Source: Eledone cirrhosa
Lineage: Eukaryota
DNA length: 64,000 nucleotides
Direction: 5' to 3'
Assembly (NCBI GenBank): GCA_964016885.1
Contig: OZ024740.1
Span: forward strand, 377,332,001 to 377,396,000
Shown: positions 1 to 16,669 of the stretch, in pieces
Position numbering within the stretch: the first letter of the stretch is position 1
How the letters are laid out: each line of letters starts with the position of its first letter
Made by a program: the position numbers and the translations under genes
The notes under the pieces: model-generated
What the model saw: the letters and a program-made list of their open reading frames with translations, nothing else
Databases searched by the model: none
Told to the model about the DNA's origin: nothing

Positions 1-498
1 AAATCTAAGGAGAATAAAATTTTACGATAAATGTGTTAGTGAAAAATATCAATCTTATTTAAAACATAAGGAATTTACATCTATAAATAGAAAATAAATT
101 AATATAATTGATAGGTATATTTCTATTGATAAATTTATATTAATTCATATAGATATGATAAATAAGAGTTAGATGTAATTGAAGAATGTTGTTAAAAACG
201 AAGGGAAAAGAAAAAAAATAATAATAATTGGGGGGGGGGGGGGGATAAATGTATTAGTGAGAAATAACAAATTTATATAGATTACAAGGAATATAGATTC
301 ATAACCTGAAATTAAAATAGTTTATATGTATACTTATTGGTATAAATTTTAGGAAAAGATAGCTGTAAAAGGGAAATAAAATTATGCAGTTCTTTAGTAG
401 TAGAATATTAATTATAGGTTATATTAATTTTAATATTAATTTTGATATTAATTTAAAAAAAAAAAAAAATTTTATTATAATAATTTGTAAAGTGTATA

Positions 499-830
499 TT
501 AATTAGGTTTATAATATTTAAAAGTTCTTCTAATTTTATGATTACATGATATAATTAATTCTTGTCGCTTATTTAATAGGATATCTTTAGATTTCATTAT
601 TTCAAAAAGTTCCTGGGAACATAATCTACATTCATATCTATTATTTTGATAAAAGGGTGGCCCTTTTGAGTACACTCCAGGTCAGGTTATAATCGATATT
701 CTTTTTTCTATAATTATTAATTATTTCAGCTAAGGATGTTGTAATAGCTAATGCGGCATTTTTAAAAAACGACTGAAGTGAAATAAAAGTAGTGCTTAGA
801 TCAAACATGATCACTATCTTAAATTCAGAT
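499..830 (-). pseudogene. Penelope-like (Naiad-type) GIY-YIG endonuclease C-terminal remnant
   Basis: Manual minus-strand translation with one frameshift gives SFFKNAALAITTSLAEIINNYRKKNIDYNLTWSVLKRA/PFYQNNRYECRLCSQELFEIMKSKDILLNKRQELIISCNHK. This matches the PLE endonuclease tail pattern W..L..A.PY...C.LC..E....LNKR.E...C.H. Confidence 0.75.
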
Positions 831-869
831 TTATTATAAATTTGTTTAAATTAGTTAACCTATAATTCC

Positions 870-1693
870 ACTTTGGAAAAGAGGATGCTCTGAAACTTCC
901 GTACTCCCTTCCCTCCGGTGAAACTCTCGTGGCATTTAACAACATCAGAGACTTGGGAGTAACCGTGGACAGCAACATAAGCTGGGCCACGCATATAAGC
1001 AGCAAAGTTGACATGGCCCGCAGAATGTGTTCCTGGATCCTCAGAACCTTCCAGTCGAGAGATTCCCACACCATTATCTTTCTCTTCTCCACTTTTGCCC
1101 GACCACACCTTGAATACTGTTGTCCACTGTGGTCTCCCCACACGAAACAAAGTATCATGAAACTTGAAGCTCCCCAAAGGGCAATCACGAAAAAGATAGA
1201 TGGCATGTCAGACCTTGATTACTGGGGTCGACTAGAAAAGCTGAAACTTTACTCACTCCAACGTCGCCGTGAGCGTTATATTATCTGCATGATGTTTCAA
1301 ATGTTTCATCAGCACTGCCCAAATGATGTTGGCATCACCTTCAAAATACGCCCAAGGCTTAGGCCCCGTGCTATCCGTCCCAAACAAAAATTTAAATCGC
1401 AACTCATAAGAACAATACGGCACAATTATTTCACCTCAATTGGCCCTGCTCTCTTCAACATCACACCAGCACACGTCAAAACAGAAACTGACCACACAAA
1501 ATTCAAGAAGTCTTTGGACAAATTCCTCCAAGTAATCCCGGACAAACCACCCACACTCGGATATGTCTCCGCAAACAGTAATTCTCTTTTCGAATGGGCC
1601 ATGGCGCCCAAATCCTGAATTGAAATACTTCGCCAGGTGGTGCTATTAAGTTAGACATGGCCTGGGCCAATACTGGCCAAAGCATTTCAAAGT
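870..1693 (+). mobile_element. 5'-truncated CR1/L2-group LINE (RT C-terminus/thumb and 3' UTR)
   Basis: ORF 929-1618 carries DLGV...W..HI, RPHLEYCCPLWSP, LYSLQRRRER and FKKSLDKFL, typical of a CR1-group ORF2 C-terminus. A short 3' UTR runs into the (TA)n tract. Confidence 0.88.
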
Positions 1694-1754
1694 TATATAT
1701 ATATATATACATACATATAGATATATATACATACATATATATACAAATATATAC

Positions 1755-1785
<31 letters not shown>

Positions 1786-1796
1786 CATATATATAC

Positions 1797-1845
<49 letters not shown>

Positions 1846-1848
1846 CAC

Positions 1849-1879
<31 letters not shown>

Positions 1880-2336
1880 CACATATATATATATACATAT
1901 ATATACACATATATATATATACATATATATAAATATATATATATACATATATATACATACATATATATACATATATATATATACATATATATACATATAT
2001 ATATATACATATATATACATATATATATATACATATATATACATATATATATATACATATATATATATACATATATATACATATATATATATACATATAT
2101 ATACATATATATATACATATATATACATATATATACATATATATATATACATATATATACATATATATACATATATATACATATATATACATATACATAT
2201 ATATACATATATATACATATACATATATATACATATATATACATATATATATATACATATATATATATACATATATATACATATATATATACATATATAT
2301 ATATACATATATATACATATATATACATATATATAC

Positions 2337-2367
<31 letters not shown>

Positions 2368-2764
2368 CATATATATACATATATATACATATATATACAT
2401 ATATATATATATACATATATATACATATATATACATATATATATATACATATATATATATACATATATATATATACATATATATATATACATATATATAC
2501 ATATATATACATATATATATATATATATACATATATATACATATATATATATACATATATATACATATATATATATACATATATATACATACATATACAT
2601 ATATATATATATACATATATATACATATATATACATATATATATACATATATATACACATATATATATACATATATATACATATATATATATATACATAT
2701 ATATATATACATATATATATATATACATATATATACATATATATATACATATATATATATATAC

Positions 2765-2797
<33 letters not shown>

Positions 2798-2853
2798 CAT
2801 ATATACATATATACATACATATATATATACATATATATATACATATATATATA

Positions 2854-2886
<33 letters not shown>

Positions 2887-3078
2887 ACATATATATATAT
2901 ACATATACATATACATATATATATATATATATACATATATACATATATATATATATACATATATATATACATATATACATATACATATATATATATACAT
3001 ATACATATACATATATATATATATATATACATATATACATATATATATATATACATATATATATACATATATATATAC

Positions 3079-3110
<32 letters not shown>

Positions 3111-3126
3111 ATACATATATATATAC

Positions 3127-3158
<32 letters not shown>

Positions 3159-3236
3159 ACATATACATATATACATATATATATATACATATACATATAT
3201 ACATATATATATATACATATACATATGTACATATAC

Positions 3237-3267
<31 letters not shown>

Positions 3268-3312
3268 CATATACATATATACATACATACATATATATAT
3301 ATATATACATAC

Positions 3313-3343
<31 letters not shown>

Positions 3344-3420
3344 CATATACATATATATATATACATATATATATATACATATATATATATACATATATAT
3401 ATATACATATATATATATAC

Positions 3421-3467
<47 letters not shown>

Positions 3468-3498
3468 CATATATATATATACATATATATATATATAC

Positions 3499-3530
<32 letters not shown>

Positions 3531-3738
3531 GTATGTATGTATATATGTATATATATATATATGTATATATATATATACATATATATGTATATATATATAT
3601 ACATATATATGTATATATATATATACATATATATATACATATATACATATATACATATATATATATACATATATATACATATACATATACATATATACAT
3701 ATATATACATATATATATATACACATATATATATATAC

Positions 3739-3785
<47 letters not shown>

Positions 3786-3824
3786 CATATATATATATAC
3801 ATATATATATATATACATATATAC

Positions 3825-3893
<69 letters not shown>
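1694..3893. repeat. ~2.2 kb compound (TA)n/CA(TA)n microsatellite
   Basis: Seen directly; it produces the spurious YI/IY ORFs. Confidence 0.97.
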
Positions 3894-3899
<6 letters not shown>

Positions 3900-4260
3900 G
3901 AGAAGAAAGAATACTGCGTGCTTGCAAATGGGTTACATATGATAAAATTTTACATCGTATTAAAAATCATATACCTTAGGTTGGCGCGAGCAATAACTAA
4001 AACAAGCTATTGGGACAAGTAAATCGCGTAAAGCGAGTGAGACAAGTAAACAACATAGAAGGATAAAAGCAAGCCGAAGATAGGAAAATAAACAAGCAAC
4101 ATGGTTATCCGGTCAGCGTAAGGTGGGTGGATTTCATGAGCGATCAAGAAACAGACCGTCCGACGTGAGTGAGATGTGAGCAAGAAAAGACCCCACTACT
4201 AGCCAAACGGGAGGAAGTGAGAAGGGGAGAAACAGAGAGTGAGTGAGTGGAAGTGCGAGG

Positions 4261-4323
<63 letters not shown>

Positions 4324-4365
4324 TGTATATATATGTATATATATATATACATATATATATATATG

Positions 4366-4447
<82 letters not shown>

Positions 4448-4749
4448 GATAGATATATATATACAGTGGATAGAAAGATGATGAAGGGTGTGTCCGCCGG
4501 GGGTGTTAATGAGTGTGGGAGTGAAGGTGTATTGAGGAAGATTTAAAGGAATTAAAGTTTTGCAAGATTTTTTATATGAAATCGTAACGAATATTGTTAT
4601 ATTATGGGAGGGTCATATTGCCAGAAATGATAATAGAACCCACTCACTGTCTGATTTAGGTTGGTTTTCGCTTCTGTATCTTTTATATCTCCATGCTTAA
4701 TTTATCAGGCAATCAATATTTATCATTGATTGACCAACGGTTAAAAATA

Positions 4750-6986
<2,237 letters not shown>

Positions 6987-7079
6987 ATCAAAGTTCTTTC
7001 GTCACACATCTGTGACATCATCAGTGGTACTATTATGTTTCTTCCCGTTGTATTGTAATGCCTACGCCATTTTTTGATA

Positions 7080-7116
<37 letters not shown>

Positions 7117-7540
7117 CTAGAAATTGATTAACATATAAATAAACATGAATAATCACAGGAGATAATTTTTACAAGTGTGTAAGCACACATAGCTAGGTAG
7201 GTAACTAAATAAAGTTAACCAGAACTTCAAAAATAGATACCTTATAATATGATTAATCTTCCCTGTATATATTCCATTAAAGAAATATATTTCACCTATT
7301 AATCAAATGGTAAACCATGGAGGCCGGTACTTGGATTTTCAACAAGAAAAATGTCCAGCGATCTATGTGTACACTTCAAGTTCAAATCAGCGACTGGCCA
7401 GCAACACGTGCTGTATCTACTAGAAATACACACATCATACCAGCTTCGTCACAGTGGCGTGAATAGGGTTATCGACAACTAGAAACAGCAGTCAAATCCT
7501 TTCAACAGAGTTAGCTCTACAATTAAGGAGCCGTATTTAT

Positions 7541-7677
7541 ATATCTATATCCAAAATTAAGATAATCAAAATTATGGGTGTCATGCCAGAAAGACATGCG
7601 CCATATCACCCGCCATATCACTTAGAGCTTATTTTGCGGGTGATATGACACCCATAATTTTGATTATCTTAATTTTG

Positions 7678-7686
<9 letters not shown>
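7541..7686. repeat. Inverted repeat (~35-45 bp arms) abutting (TA)n
   Basis: ccaaaattaagataatcaaaattatgggtgtcat is the reverse complement of atgacacccataattttgattatcttaattttgg. Confidence 0.85.
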
Positions 7687-7753
<67 letters not shown>

Positions 7754-9810
7754 GGGGCCTGCATGTTTACGCATGTGTATATGTTTACCTGATTAAATCA
7801 GATGTGGGGTTTTCTAGCGGTTCATATATTTGTTTCTCAATTAGCCAAGTCAGCTTAACACTTGTTATTCCATCTTTCTGTCTGTAAATAGATATCCTTA
7901 ATAGATACAGCACACTGCTGCTAGCACTAGAATCTGTTTATGATTACCTAGTATTTAATATTCTGAAATAACTAAGCTAATTGATATAAACTAATCAACA
8001 AGAAGTCACTTTTGTTTCCTATAGTATTTTTTTATACACATGTAGTTCTTTTTACTGATTTATTCATTGATTTCATAATTGATTGATTTCCATAATATTA
8101 CAACCATCTCATTTTGAAAAATGTTAACTGTGGTAGCAATTTCGTTTGGTAGTGAGCCACTGGGAGGTCTCATCTTGTATCTTGATACACGAATTGGTGA
8201 CCATTTGCACGTCAACATCCAACAAAACATCCGTTAGAATGATTTTGGGGGAACTTTCAATCAGAAATTTTATTGGTATTGGGTCAATATGATATCGACT
8301 AGAATGGGGATGAAAATAGATTTGAAGTTCTCAAAAGCAGGGAATAACAATACAAGATAATAATGCTATAATAACAATATGATAAAATTATTCTATAGAA
8401 ATATAGAAATAGTTATGAGTGTAGTTTCTATATTAGGTAACTGCTATTGAACTGAACTGTAATATAAAGAAGATTGCTCGAGAGCTTCGGAGTGAGCTAC
8501 ACAATTAATATGACACACACTGACAAGTTTATGTGCAGTTATTTTGCTCTATTACTAGTTTTCTTTTATCGACTTATCGAACCTGGGAGGATTAAGGACG
8601 AATTCTAAATTGGCACTAAGTTTCCAGCGACAGGATCAATCTTCAATTATCGGATTCAGTTTGGTACTTTAGTATCGATCTACTGTCTCTATGTTTGGAG
8701 AGGATGATTTCCCCGTCAGACGTACATACTTATTCTTTAAAATAATTGTTATCTATATTTTTAGATTCCTTATAACATTTCTTCATACTATTAACTATAT
8801 TTCAGTGAATATTTCGTCGTATTACTTGAATGTCCCTCCTTTTCTACTTTCTACATAAGAGATCAACTATTTCTGACAAGGACTTACATGTTTAGATCAT
8901 TATTTCTATCTTTTCTGCTGAATTTTTAGTTACTGCTATTTCACTTATTCACATAGATAAATATTACTCTTCATAAATAATTATCTTTTTACTTATATAT
9001 TTTAAAATAATCTCTTTTATAAAACGAAAATCCTCTCGATTGATTGGCAAGAAGTTGCATACACACATACACAAACACACTAGCATCTGGTCCTCAGACG
9101 TTCCGTATCCTCTCACTCCCTTTATTACTTCTACTACAGTTAGTGTATTGTCGAAATAATTCATTCTTTTTTTATAATAATATTTGTAGAATATTAAACC
9201 TAATAAAAGAACAGTAAACTGGTTATATCAATATTTCAAATTAGAATGTCACGAAGAAGAAAAGAAGTATATTTTGGCCAGAACCTTTCGTTTCAGAGAG
9301 ATAATTTCAGTTCTATGGTGCAGAGTCTTCCTCAAAACGTTAGTCTTCTCTTCATCACAGCATAAAATTTATTCCAGTTTTATCTATTAAGCACATTAAA
9401 TTGGGATAATCATTAGCAACAATATCTCTGTTCAGAATTATTAAATAATGACATGGAATTCATCCAGTGTGTTGTCGAAAACCCTAGAATAAAATCTAAT
9501 ATGCATAATGCTTTGAAATATATAGTTTATACTACAATACATATGATACCAAAGGGAAAATAATGTAAAGTAAGTGCAGATGTCAAAATTACGAAATATC
9601 ATCCATTATTCATTGGAGTCACACAAGAAATTAACTTCGGGATGAATCGTTCGCAATATATATATATATATAAGGATAATGGGTAAAGACCCCCTTCGGA
9701 CGCGAATGACCATGAAAGTTGCGCCCTCCCCCGGTGAAGAAAACGAGATTGTAGCAGTTTCTTAAACACAACTACTTCTCTTTCTCGTTCTCTCTCTCTA
9801 TATATATATA

Positions 9811-9905
9811 TGAGTATCAGATGATCTCGCTTAGGGTGAAAACAGAAATGTTTGCTTAAACTTTTAATCTAGACTAATAATAAATATTTGCTATACGGGT
9901 TTATA
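9811..9905 (+). mobile_element. Diverged fragment of the A4-HHR pseudo-LTR family (see 15.6 kb and 45.3 kb)
   Basis: agtat-CAGATGA-T CTC gctta GGG T-GAAA-acag..ttgc-TT-aaact followed by taataaatatttgct, colinear with 45266-45350. Confidence 0.7.
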
Positions 9906-11279
9906 TATCATCATTTCATTTTTACGTCCATTTTTACCTGCTTGCAAGTAGAAAACAGAAGTTAGATGCCTCAATGGCATAGTTTGTATGTAGTTTACTA
10001 GTTCAGATGAGGAAAAGTATAAACAAATGTTTTAAAAAAATAATGCATTTGTGGGCTAACAGTTGTAGCATGTTTGATGAGTGAATATTTGCCAACCAGC
10101 CTGATATTTGCATAATACAGTTTACACAGTATTTTTATGTAGCCTCATCGCTGTCAGCCCTTTAAGATATCGGAATAATGTTTTAGCTTGAGTAATAGTG
10201 TTGTAGTTAAGTCTAATGTCGATTAGCAACTGCTCGGAGCTGAATTACTTTCAACTTCTAAAACAGAAATCCAGTCTTTTGTTTGCTGTGTTTCAGCAAT
10301 GTTTTATGTGAAATCGCCATGAGAGATCATTAAAGATCATCAAAGTTTTGTAGCATATGCGAGAGTATTATGCGCGTGTTCTTCATGCATCGTGGGGTTT
10401 AGGGCAAGAATGTTTCCTTAATATGTGTAGTAATTGAGTCTTGCTGCTTTTGAAAGGAAATCGATTGTCACATTTCTATTGGGATTTCTACATTAAAACT
10501 AATAATAGCGTAAATAGTTGTTTAAAGAAAAATATAAATTCAAGGAAATAAGATGACAGAACGTTATTGTAATAGCTTTAAGTTATTAAAAATACACAAA
10601 TAAATAAGATTGATATGTTATTAAACATTCTGTTTAAGCACTCGATATTCGTTGAATATCTTGGAAAATACTAAGTGTATCCTAGACTACGTACAATAAA
10701 TCAAAGACCTACATTTCACTTTAAATTTAGGTTAACTCCATCTGCTTTATGTCTTCTGTTCACATCAGTTAGAATGGAAAGAAAATGTGAAAATAGTAAC
10801 GAATACTGTCAATTCCTGACAGTTATTTTTTCTCATTGTTAGTTATATTTAGTCTGAAATTCCTTTAGATTGTTTTGAAACAATGTCTTTTTCTAGAGAT
10901 TGTTTTGAATTTTTTTGTTTATATCTTAATTCAAAATCATCACATTTGCCATTGCATAGAAACCGTCGTAAGTTGTAGCGACTAGCCCTGCTTCTGTTTA
11001 TGATATTATTTTGTCGCTGCTTGTTTTTATATTAGTTATTGTACATGTTGTTGTTGTTGCATCAAGTAATTTTTTTAAATAGAACTATATGAAATATTAA
11101 AGTGCTTTAACTAAATACGATAAGATAATTGTTTCTTCTTTTTATAGACGATAAGATAATAATCATTATTTAGTCGAATTTATTGTAATTACGAATAATG
11201 TGTTGTAGATGTTGTGCAACACAGATTACTTTTATGTAATAGCTTTATTATAGTTGTAGTGTAATACCGTACAAGATTA

Positions 11280-11415
11280 GGCAGCGAATTGGTAGAGTAG
11301 TTAGAATGTCGGATAGAATGCTTTATTCATTCTGAGTTCAAACCCTGCCGAGGTCAACTTTGCTTTCATCTTTCGAGGTCGATAAAAATAAGTATCAGTC
11401 TAGTACTGGTTCGAT
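11280..11415 (+). mobile_element. tRNA-derived SINE with Nin/Deu-like central domain
   Basis: A-box-like tggtagagtagtt, B-box-like gagttcaaacc, then gaggtcaactttgctttcatc..gtcgataaaaataagta. Confidence 0.75.
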
Positions 11416-11837
11416 TCTTCCTCTATATATCTTTCTCATTTCCTCCCTCTCTCACTTTCTATCTTTCTCTGGAAGAAATATGCTGTACTTAGGCCTGGAT
11501 AGGGATGGGCTCCGCCAGGCTTAAAATGCCCAAGAAACGCCCTATGTCAATACGGTGCCTGTACGACTCTATCGGGATTTATGGGACTACCATCACCGTA
11601 CGAGATTAATGAAGGGTATTCTAGTGATGTATAAAATGTTTGTAATAGGGAGCTGCTTTACCAATTATTGGTTTTGATAAACGCCAACAGGCGAGAAACA
11701 GACTGTCAATCACTCTCCCTTTGTTTTTGCCGAAAATGAATAAGTGACATAGTCACTACTTTAAAACTGATAGAGAATGTTCTGCTAAATATTTTTAATT
11801 AAACATACAGTATATTGTCAAATATACTATAAATACA

Positions 11838-11879
<42 letters not shown>

Positions 11880-12049
11880 CTCTTTTACCTTTTCATCTGT
11901 TCCAGCCATCCGGCTGAGGCCATGCTGGGGCAGCACCCTTGTGATATAAAATTAAAAAACGGAGTTAAAAACTCGCGTTAATCCCCTGTACTTTAACGAG
12001 CTCAAGGAATAGAATCCGGGCTCTTTATAAGACAGTATATAGAGAAAAA

Positions 12050-12240
12050 TACACAAAGAGGTATGTGTTCAATTATAGGGGATAGAATACCACAAGAGTG
12101 AAAAACATAAAGTCTACGAAAGGAATGGAGAATACATATCAATTAAATTGATATCCAACCTCCATTCCTTTCGTAGACTTTATGTTTTTCACCCATGTAG
12201 TATTCTATCCTCTATAATTCAACACATACCTCTTTATGTA
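12050..12240. repeat. Inverted repeat, ~80 bp arms
   Basis: tacacaaagaggtatgtgtt...ctacgaaaggaatggag pairs with ctccattcctttcgtag...aacacatacctctttatgta. Confidence 0.85.
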
Positions 12241-12781
12241 GAGAGAGAGACTTATTGTCACTGATAACTGCTATACTTCTCGAATTCTTAAGATTATCTT
12301 CATCAGAAATGTAATGTAATCTTTAAAAAAAGAAATAAAATACAAAATGAAAGACAGAAGAACGGAAAAATCTGGAAACAGAAAGGAAAGAAACCATGCA
12401 AAAACATTTGTTTCAATATGAAGTAAAAAGTAAATGGCTTCATATAGCGAAGAGAAATTAAGAATTCTATACAATTGAGTTGTCAATATTTCTTTTGACC
12501 TACGCTAAAACGTACAGAAAATGACTAATCATCAGTCATATTATTCCACTTTATGTTGAGTGTCACAAAAATATATTTACTTCAATATATAATAAATATA
12601 TATGTGTGTGTGTGTGTGTGTATGAATATATGTATATATATATATGTATATATATGTATATATATGTATATATATGTATATATATATATGTATATATATA
12701 TGTATATATATATATATATGTGTGTGTGTATATATATATGTATATATATATATATGTATATATACATGTATATATATATAT

Positions 12782-12835
12782 ATCATCATCATCACCGTTT
12801 TACGCCCGTTCTTCCACGCTAGCATGGGTTAGACC
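12782..12835 (-). mobile_element. 3' terminus of an RTE-type LINE/SINE with (GAT)n tail; related ends at ~13200-13320(-), ~50810-50915(-), 55021-55078(+)
   Basis: catcatcatcaccgttttacgcccgttcttccacgctagcatgggttagac is nearly the reverse complement of 55024-55078. Confidence 0.6.
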
Positions 12836-12879
12836 CATATATATATATTATATATATATATATATATATTATATATATT

Positions 12880-12933
<54 letters not shown>

Positions 12934-12934
12934 T

Positions 12935-13010
<76 letters not shown>

Positions 13011-13167
13011 TATATATATATATATATGTATATCCTATGTGGAATCTAATCTAATCATAGTTTCTCCTGTCAAAATGCAACAGTTGCAATAAACCAGTAT
13101 GACAAAAAGTTTGTCACATTGGTAGAGTGGGTGTTGATATATATATTCTCATATATCAACGTGTATA

Positions 13168-13199
<32 letters not shown>

Positions 13200-13479
13200 A
13201 TCATCATCATCATTTTACGTCCGCTTTCCCCTGCTTGCAAGGGTGAGACGCGTCCTATTCAGCACAGCATCTCTCCACTTGTCACGGTCCTTCGTCATCT
13301 CCACAGTGAGCTTCAGCGATCGACAGGAGACAAAGTATTTTGTTTTTAGTGATACTGTGGTACAAAAGCGATTACGACATTTATCTATTCACTTTGCCTC
13401 TCTTTCTCTTTCTCTCTGTCTTTCTTTCTCATACAGACATACCTACACTCAAAAACATAAGAATAGTATATGTGTGTGA

Positions 13480-13700
13480 AGGCAGGTGACCGTGGTAAGG
13501 TGTTTCACCTATGATAATGTCATGGATTCGATTCGTGTAACAGGTGGCACGTTGTATCCTTGTGCAAAACACTTAATTTCACGTTGCCTCAATACACTCT
13601 GCTGAAAATGAATACCAGCAGCCGGTGGAGTTTAACCCTGCAATTGATTGGCGTATTGCACTAACGTCTATGAAAAATAAAATCGAGGATAAGCAATGAA
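13480..13700 (+). mobile_element. Diverged tRNA-derived SINE (CORE-like family, as 29650 and 37381)
   Basis: ggattcgattc B-box-like, then ccttgtgcaaaacacttaatttcacgttgc..ctctgctgaaaatgaatacc. Confidence 0.55.
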
Positions 13701-13732
13701 GTAATGGGTTGGAAGAGAGATTAAATATATAT

Positions 13733-14172
13733 ATATATTAATTCAAAATATTAACAAAATAGATATTCCTGTGATCAAGTATATTTTATTATACATATTT
13801 CAGAGACACTGAGTTAACTTCAACAGTACGTCCCATCAGATAAAATAAGATGATGCATGACATACCCTGACATAGTAGATGGTTAAGATTCAGTCATGGT
13901 AGTCATGACTGAATCTTAACCATGACTGAATTTTAACCATCTACTATGTCAGGGTATGTCATGCATCATCTTATTTTATCTGATGGGACGTACTGTTGAA
14001 GTTAACTCAGTGTCTCTGAAATATGTATAATAAAATATACTTGATCACAGGAATATCTATTTGGTTAATATTTTGAATTAATATTAATAACTCCGGAAAA
14101 CCATCTGTTGAGTGCTTCCAATCTATTGTAAAACTCATTCTTTGATTTATTCATTGAACCTTGTTTAACCTT

Positions 14173-14178
<6 letters not shown>
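13733..14178. mobile_element. Palindromic pseudo-LTR element (~165 bp near-perfect arms plus ~95 bp tail) with a core-deleted HHR
   Basis: 13735-13900 is the reverse complement of ~13918-14084. The right arm has tattttat-CTGATG-GGAC..GTCTCT-GAAA-TATGTA-TA-ataaaata (13972-14037). The tail end recurs inverted at 49521-49570. Confidence 0.8.
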
Positions 14179-14243
<65 letters not shown>

Positions 14244-14453
14244 TACCCACTACGATCAGTCGAAGCCAGCAGTCGGAACCAACAATTTAAATTACTACCG
14301 CCTCTGTTAGTCAACACTGGCAAAGAGCGAAAGAGAGCCTCGGACGGAAACATGAACTTTCCTCTCTATATATGTATGTAAAAACTAATAATTTTTCTTC
14401 TCCATTTTATTATTATTCGTATAAATATGCAATTTAACTGCACTTCACACTTC

Positions 14454-14493
14454 CGTAGTTGAAAAAGCATATAATGCTGAAACCGGTACTACG
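14454..14493 (+). ncRNA. Minimal type-I hammerhead ribozyme, U3-A8 variant, in a solo pseudo-LTR (~14242-14625)
   Basis: cgtag-TTGAAAA-AGCAT ata ATGCT-GAAA-CCGG-TA-ctacg: 5-bp stem I, 5-bp stem II, palindromic ACCGGT stem III, GUA site. Confidence 0.85.
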
Positions 14494-14624
14494 ATTAAAT
14501 ACGGAAATCCCCACTTTATAAATAAATGTTTTGATATTATACTGAAAAAATCCCTCCAGCATTTTCTACTGTATTTTTTCCTTTTTGCTTATATATATCA
14601 ACTCGTGTCACTTTTCTACATTCC

Positions 14625-14657
<33 letters not shown>

Positions 14658-15578
14658 GTAATAATAATAAATTTGAAGACTAAAATCCAAAGAGGGCTCG
14701 ATAAGGATAAATATATATCAAATATATAAGAACCAGGTAAGTATATATTACCTGTATGTTTTGTGAAGGTACGTATACTTTCCCGTACGTATATTTGACT
14801 GTATATGTTATGGCGTATATTTTATATATTCTGGTACATATGCTTTTGGTTATGTGTATACGTGAGTTTTGCGTCTATGTGACTATGCGGGTTTGTACGT
14901 ATGTAGAGTGTGTGTATATGTGTACTTCGTGTTTTGGTTGACGTACGTCTCCGAACATATGTGTATTTACATGTAGGTATGTGTGTGCGCTTGTTATATA
15001 CGTATTTATTTATTTATATATATTTATTTAATTATTTGTATACACACACACACACACATATATATATGTGCGTGTATTTGTATACCTATGGCGAGTGTTT
15101 TCGCGTATGCTTGTGTATGTACGTATATGGATGTGTATATGTATTTATTTAATTTCAATTAACTCGGTATTTTATTTACTTTATTCTTAACTCTGAAACC
15201 GAGAATCATTCGGTTTCCTAGTTAGAATTTTAGTCTACGACTTCAGTTTTACCATTTACGTGGTTTTGTCTTTGCGTGCAATTGTTCTCCACGCTCTACA
15301 TATGACGTATTATCTTCGTTTTTTCCGTTCATTGCCAGAGAACGTCTCTATGAACCACCTAATAGAATATTAGTCTCCGACTTCTTTTATACCATAAACG
15401 TGATTTTGTCTTTGCGTGTAATTGTTTTTCTCCGCTCCAAATAATGACGTATTTTATTCGTTTTTTCCCGTTCTTTGCCAGGGAACGTTTCCACGAACCA
15501 AAGTATCGTCTTCCTGTCTTTTTCCGGTTGCAACTTTTTTTGAAATATTCACTTCTGCGTTCACAGATTGACTTTGTT

Positions 15579-15629
15579 AGTTTCAGAAGATCCCGTTAAG
15601 GGTGAAAGCAGCGATTCTTTGCTTAAACT
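15579..15629 (+). ncRNA. Type-I hammerhead-like motif, A4 variant, in element ~15180-15660
   Basis: agttt-CAGAAGA-T CCC gttaa GGG T-GAAA-GCAG cgattct TTGC-TT-aaact: stems I, II and III all form. The upstream part has a ~140 bp tandem duplication. Confidence 0.72.
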
Positions 15630-15654
15630 TTAATCTGTTATATCTGTTATTTTA

Positions 15655-15777
<123 letters not shown>

Positions 15778-15790
15778 GAGAGAGAGAGAG

Positions 15791-15841
<51 letters not shown>

Positions 15842-16195
15842 GAGAGAGTGAGAGAGATTTGGATGGGACCATCCATGTAAACTCTCATTTTTCTGAAAAA
15901 GTGTCGATGGCATGATCAAACCCGAGCTGATCGATATGGAAACAATTTGTAATGTGTAACAAAGTGAAGAATGTGAAGCTGAAAATCCAATAGTTCGTTC
16001 TTTTAGGGTTTTCAACATTACATTCTCAACTATTATCACATTCTTTGTTTAACCCGACACTTTACTATGGTCACCGTAGCAGGTGGCTGTTTTACAGCTA
16101 TTTCTGTGTTTGAGATTCCTACAAGTTTACGAAATATTTACATGCTCAACGCTCCAAATCATTTTGTTGTGTATATAAATATGTGTGTGTGGGGG

Positions 16196-16272
<77 letters not shown>

Positions 16273-16669
16273 GGGGGGGGGGGGGGCGTCAGTTAAAATT
16301 GATGTTTATCATATATAAATATTTTGTAGATATTGAAAGTGTAATACATGGAAAAGAGTTACTGATAAAACGCAATAATGGAGATCCACTTAATTTGGCC
16401 AGAGTGGTGTTGTGTTCAATATATGGTTAAGGGGGTAGAAATAATTCTTTCTAACATTGTTACAAAACCACCAATTTTGAATTAGAGTAAAGTTGATATC
16501 AACTCCAGTACATAACTTCACTTAACTTCACTTAACATCAGTACTTAACTTCACTCCAGTACTCAACTCCACTTCTTATGTAGAAAGGTGTATCTGAATA
16601 TCGTAAATCGTATTTTTCGACAGTCTACCGATACTGCCTATCCATCACTCATAATATGTTCTTATTTAA

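Noticed and set aside
1-860. Possible mitochondrial insertion (AT-rich, poly-G run)
   Set aside because: No recognisable rRNA, tRNA or OXPHOS motif. The minus strand instead translates to a PLE endonuclease tail.
1503-4022. 700-800 aa ORFs
   Set aside because: Translations of stop-free (TA)n/CATA microsatellite.
11985-12036. HHR-like hairpin on the minus strand next to the 12 kb palindrome
   Set aside because: A GAGC/GCTC stem and ctg/cag flanks are present, but neither core segment is recognisable.
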